Assembly: GCA_963707985.1 (NCBI GenBank)
Contig: CAVPRW010000026.1
Location: 1-64,000 of the forward strand
Direction of reading: 5' to 3'
Source: an uncultured Nitrospinota bacterium
GTDB taxonomy: Bacteria > Tectomicrobia > Entotheonellia > J063 > CAVPRW01
DNA: 64,000 bases
This document shows positions 63,676 to 64,000 of this stretch, piece by piece. How positions within the stretch are numbered: position 1 is the first letter of the stretch; each line of letters starts with the position of its first letter. Both the position numbers and the translations under genes were made by a program. The notes beneath the pieces were generated by a model. The model saw only the letters and a program-made list of their open reading frames with translations. It did no database searches and was not told the origin of the DNA.

Positions 63676-64000
63676 CTGAGTTGCTCGTGTATGGCATCGT
63701 GTTGGGCAGCATTATCGCCTTAGGGGCGATCGGCCTGACGCTATTATTCGGTGTGCTGCGGTTTGCCCACTTCGCCCATGGCGACCTCATGACCCTTGGT
63801 GCCTATGTGGTGCTGCTGCTGAACGCGGAGCTCCTGCCGGCGCTGGGTATCCCAGAGCACAAATGGGGGCCGCTGTCATTCGGCGGACGCATGCTGGGGT
63901 CGTTGGTGGTCTCGATGGGGGTCACCGCCCTGGTTGCTCTCCTGATCGACCGCATTCTCTACTATCCCCTACGCACCAAAAGATCCTCCTCAGCCATGCT
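63672..64000 (+). CDS. livH: Branched-chain amino acid ABC permease (partial, runs off window)
   Basis: ATGA overlap with livF; GIVLGSIIALGAIGLTLLFGVLRFAHFAHGD. Confidence 0.88.
   Translation, partial: MTELLVYGIVLGSIIALGAIGLTLLFGVLRFAHFAHGDLMTLGAYVVLLLNAELLPALGIPEHKWGPLSFGGRMLGSLVVSMGVTALVALLIDRILYYPLRTKRSSSAM

Overview
GC-rich bacterial chromosome segment. The IS types, cyclase-TPR relics, LLM oxidoreductases and ABC binding proteins look Tectomicrobia/Entotheonella-like (inference only). From left to right: (1) 1-5330, remnant of an integrated replicon with a 5'-exonuclease-less family A DNA polymerase, a broken SF3-type helicase, a GTGAAATC repeat tract and an internally deleted IS1634-family element with 14-bp TIRs. 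(2) Housekeeping run oppD-oppF-ftsE-ftsX-envC-ctpA-tsaD. (3) Accessory genes: PhoD-like phosphatase plus a degenerate permuted papain-like protein, cold-shock protein with a leader terminator, cholesterol-oxidase-like GMC enzyme, CDGSH protein, redox enzymes, TIR fragment. (4) Core run aspS-era-recO-SPOR-hom-apgM-lysC-ppdK, a candidate 6S-like structured RNA between aspS and comEC, then comEC. (5) 39431-46645, a tightly coupled four-gene operon encoding two apparently exported caspase-clan proteases (TPR-CHAT and WD40-caspase), a multi-pass membrane protein and an exported propeller-like protein; this is the best candidate for an undescribed system. (6) A pseudogene graveyard and a deletion-eroded ABC operon. 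(7) Amidohydrolase, E1 alpha/beta, oxidoreductases and liv ABC genes. Single-base frameshifts, even in aspS, probably reflect sequencing or assembly indels. No tRNA, rRNA or CRISPR array was seen.
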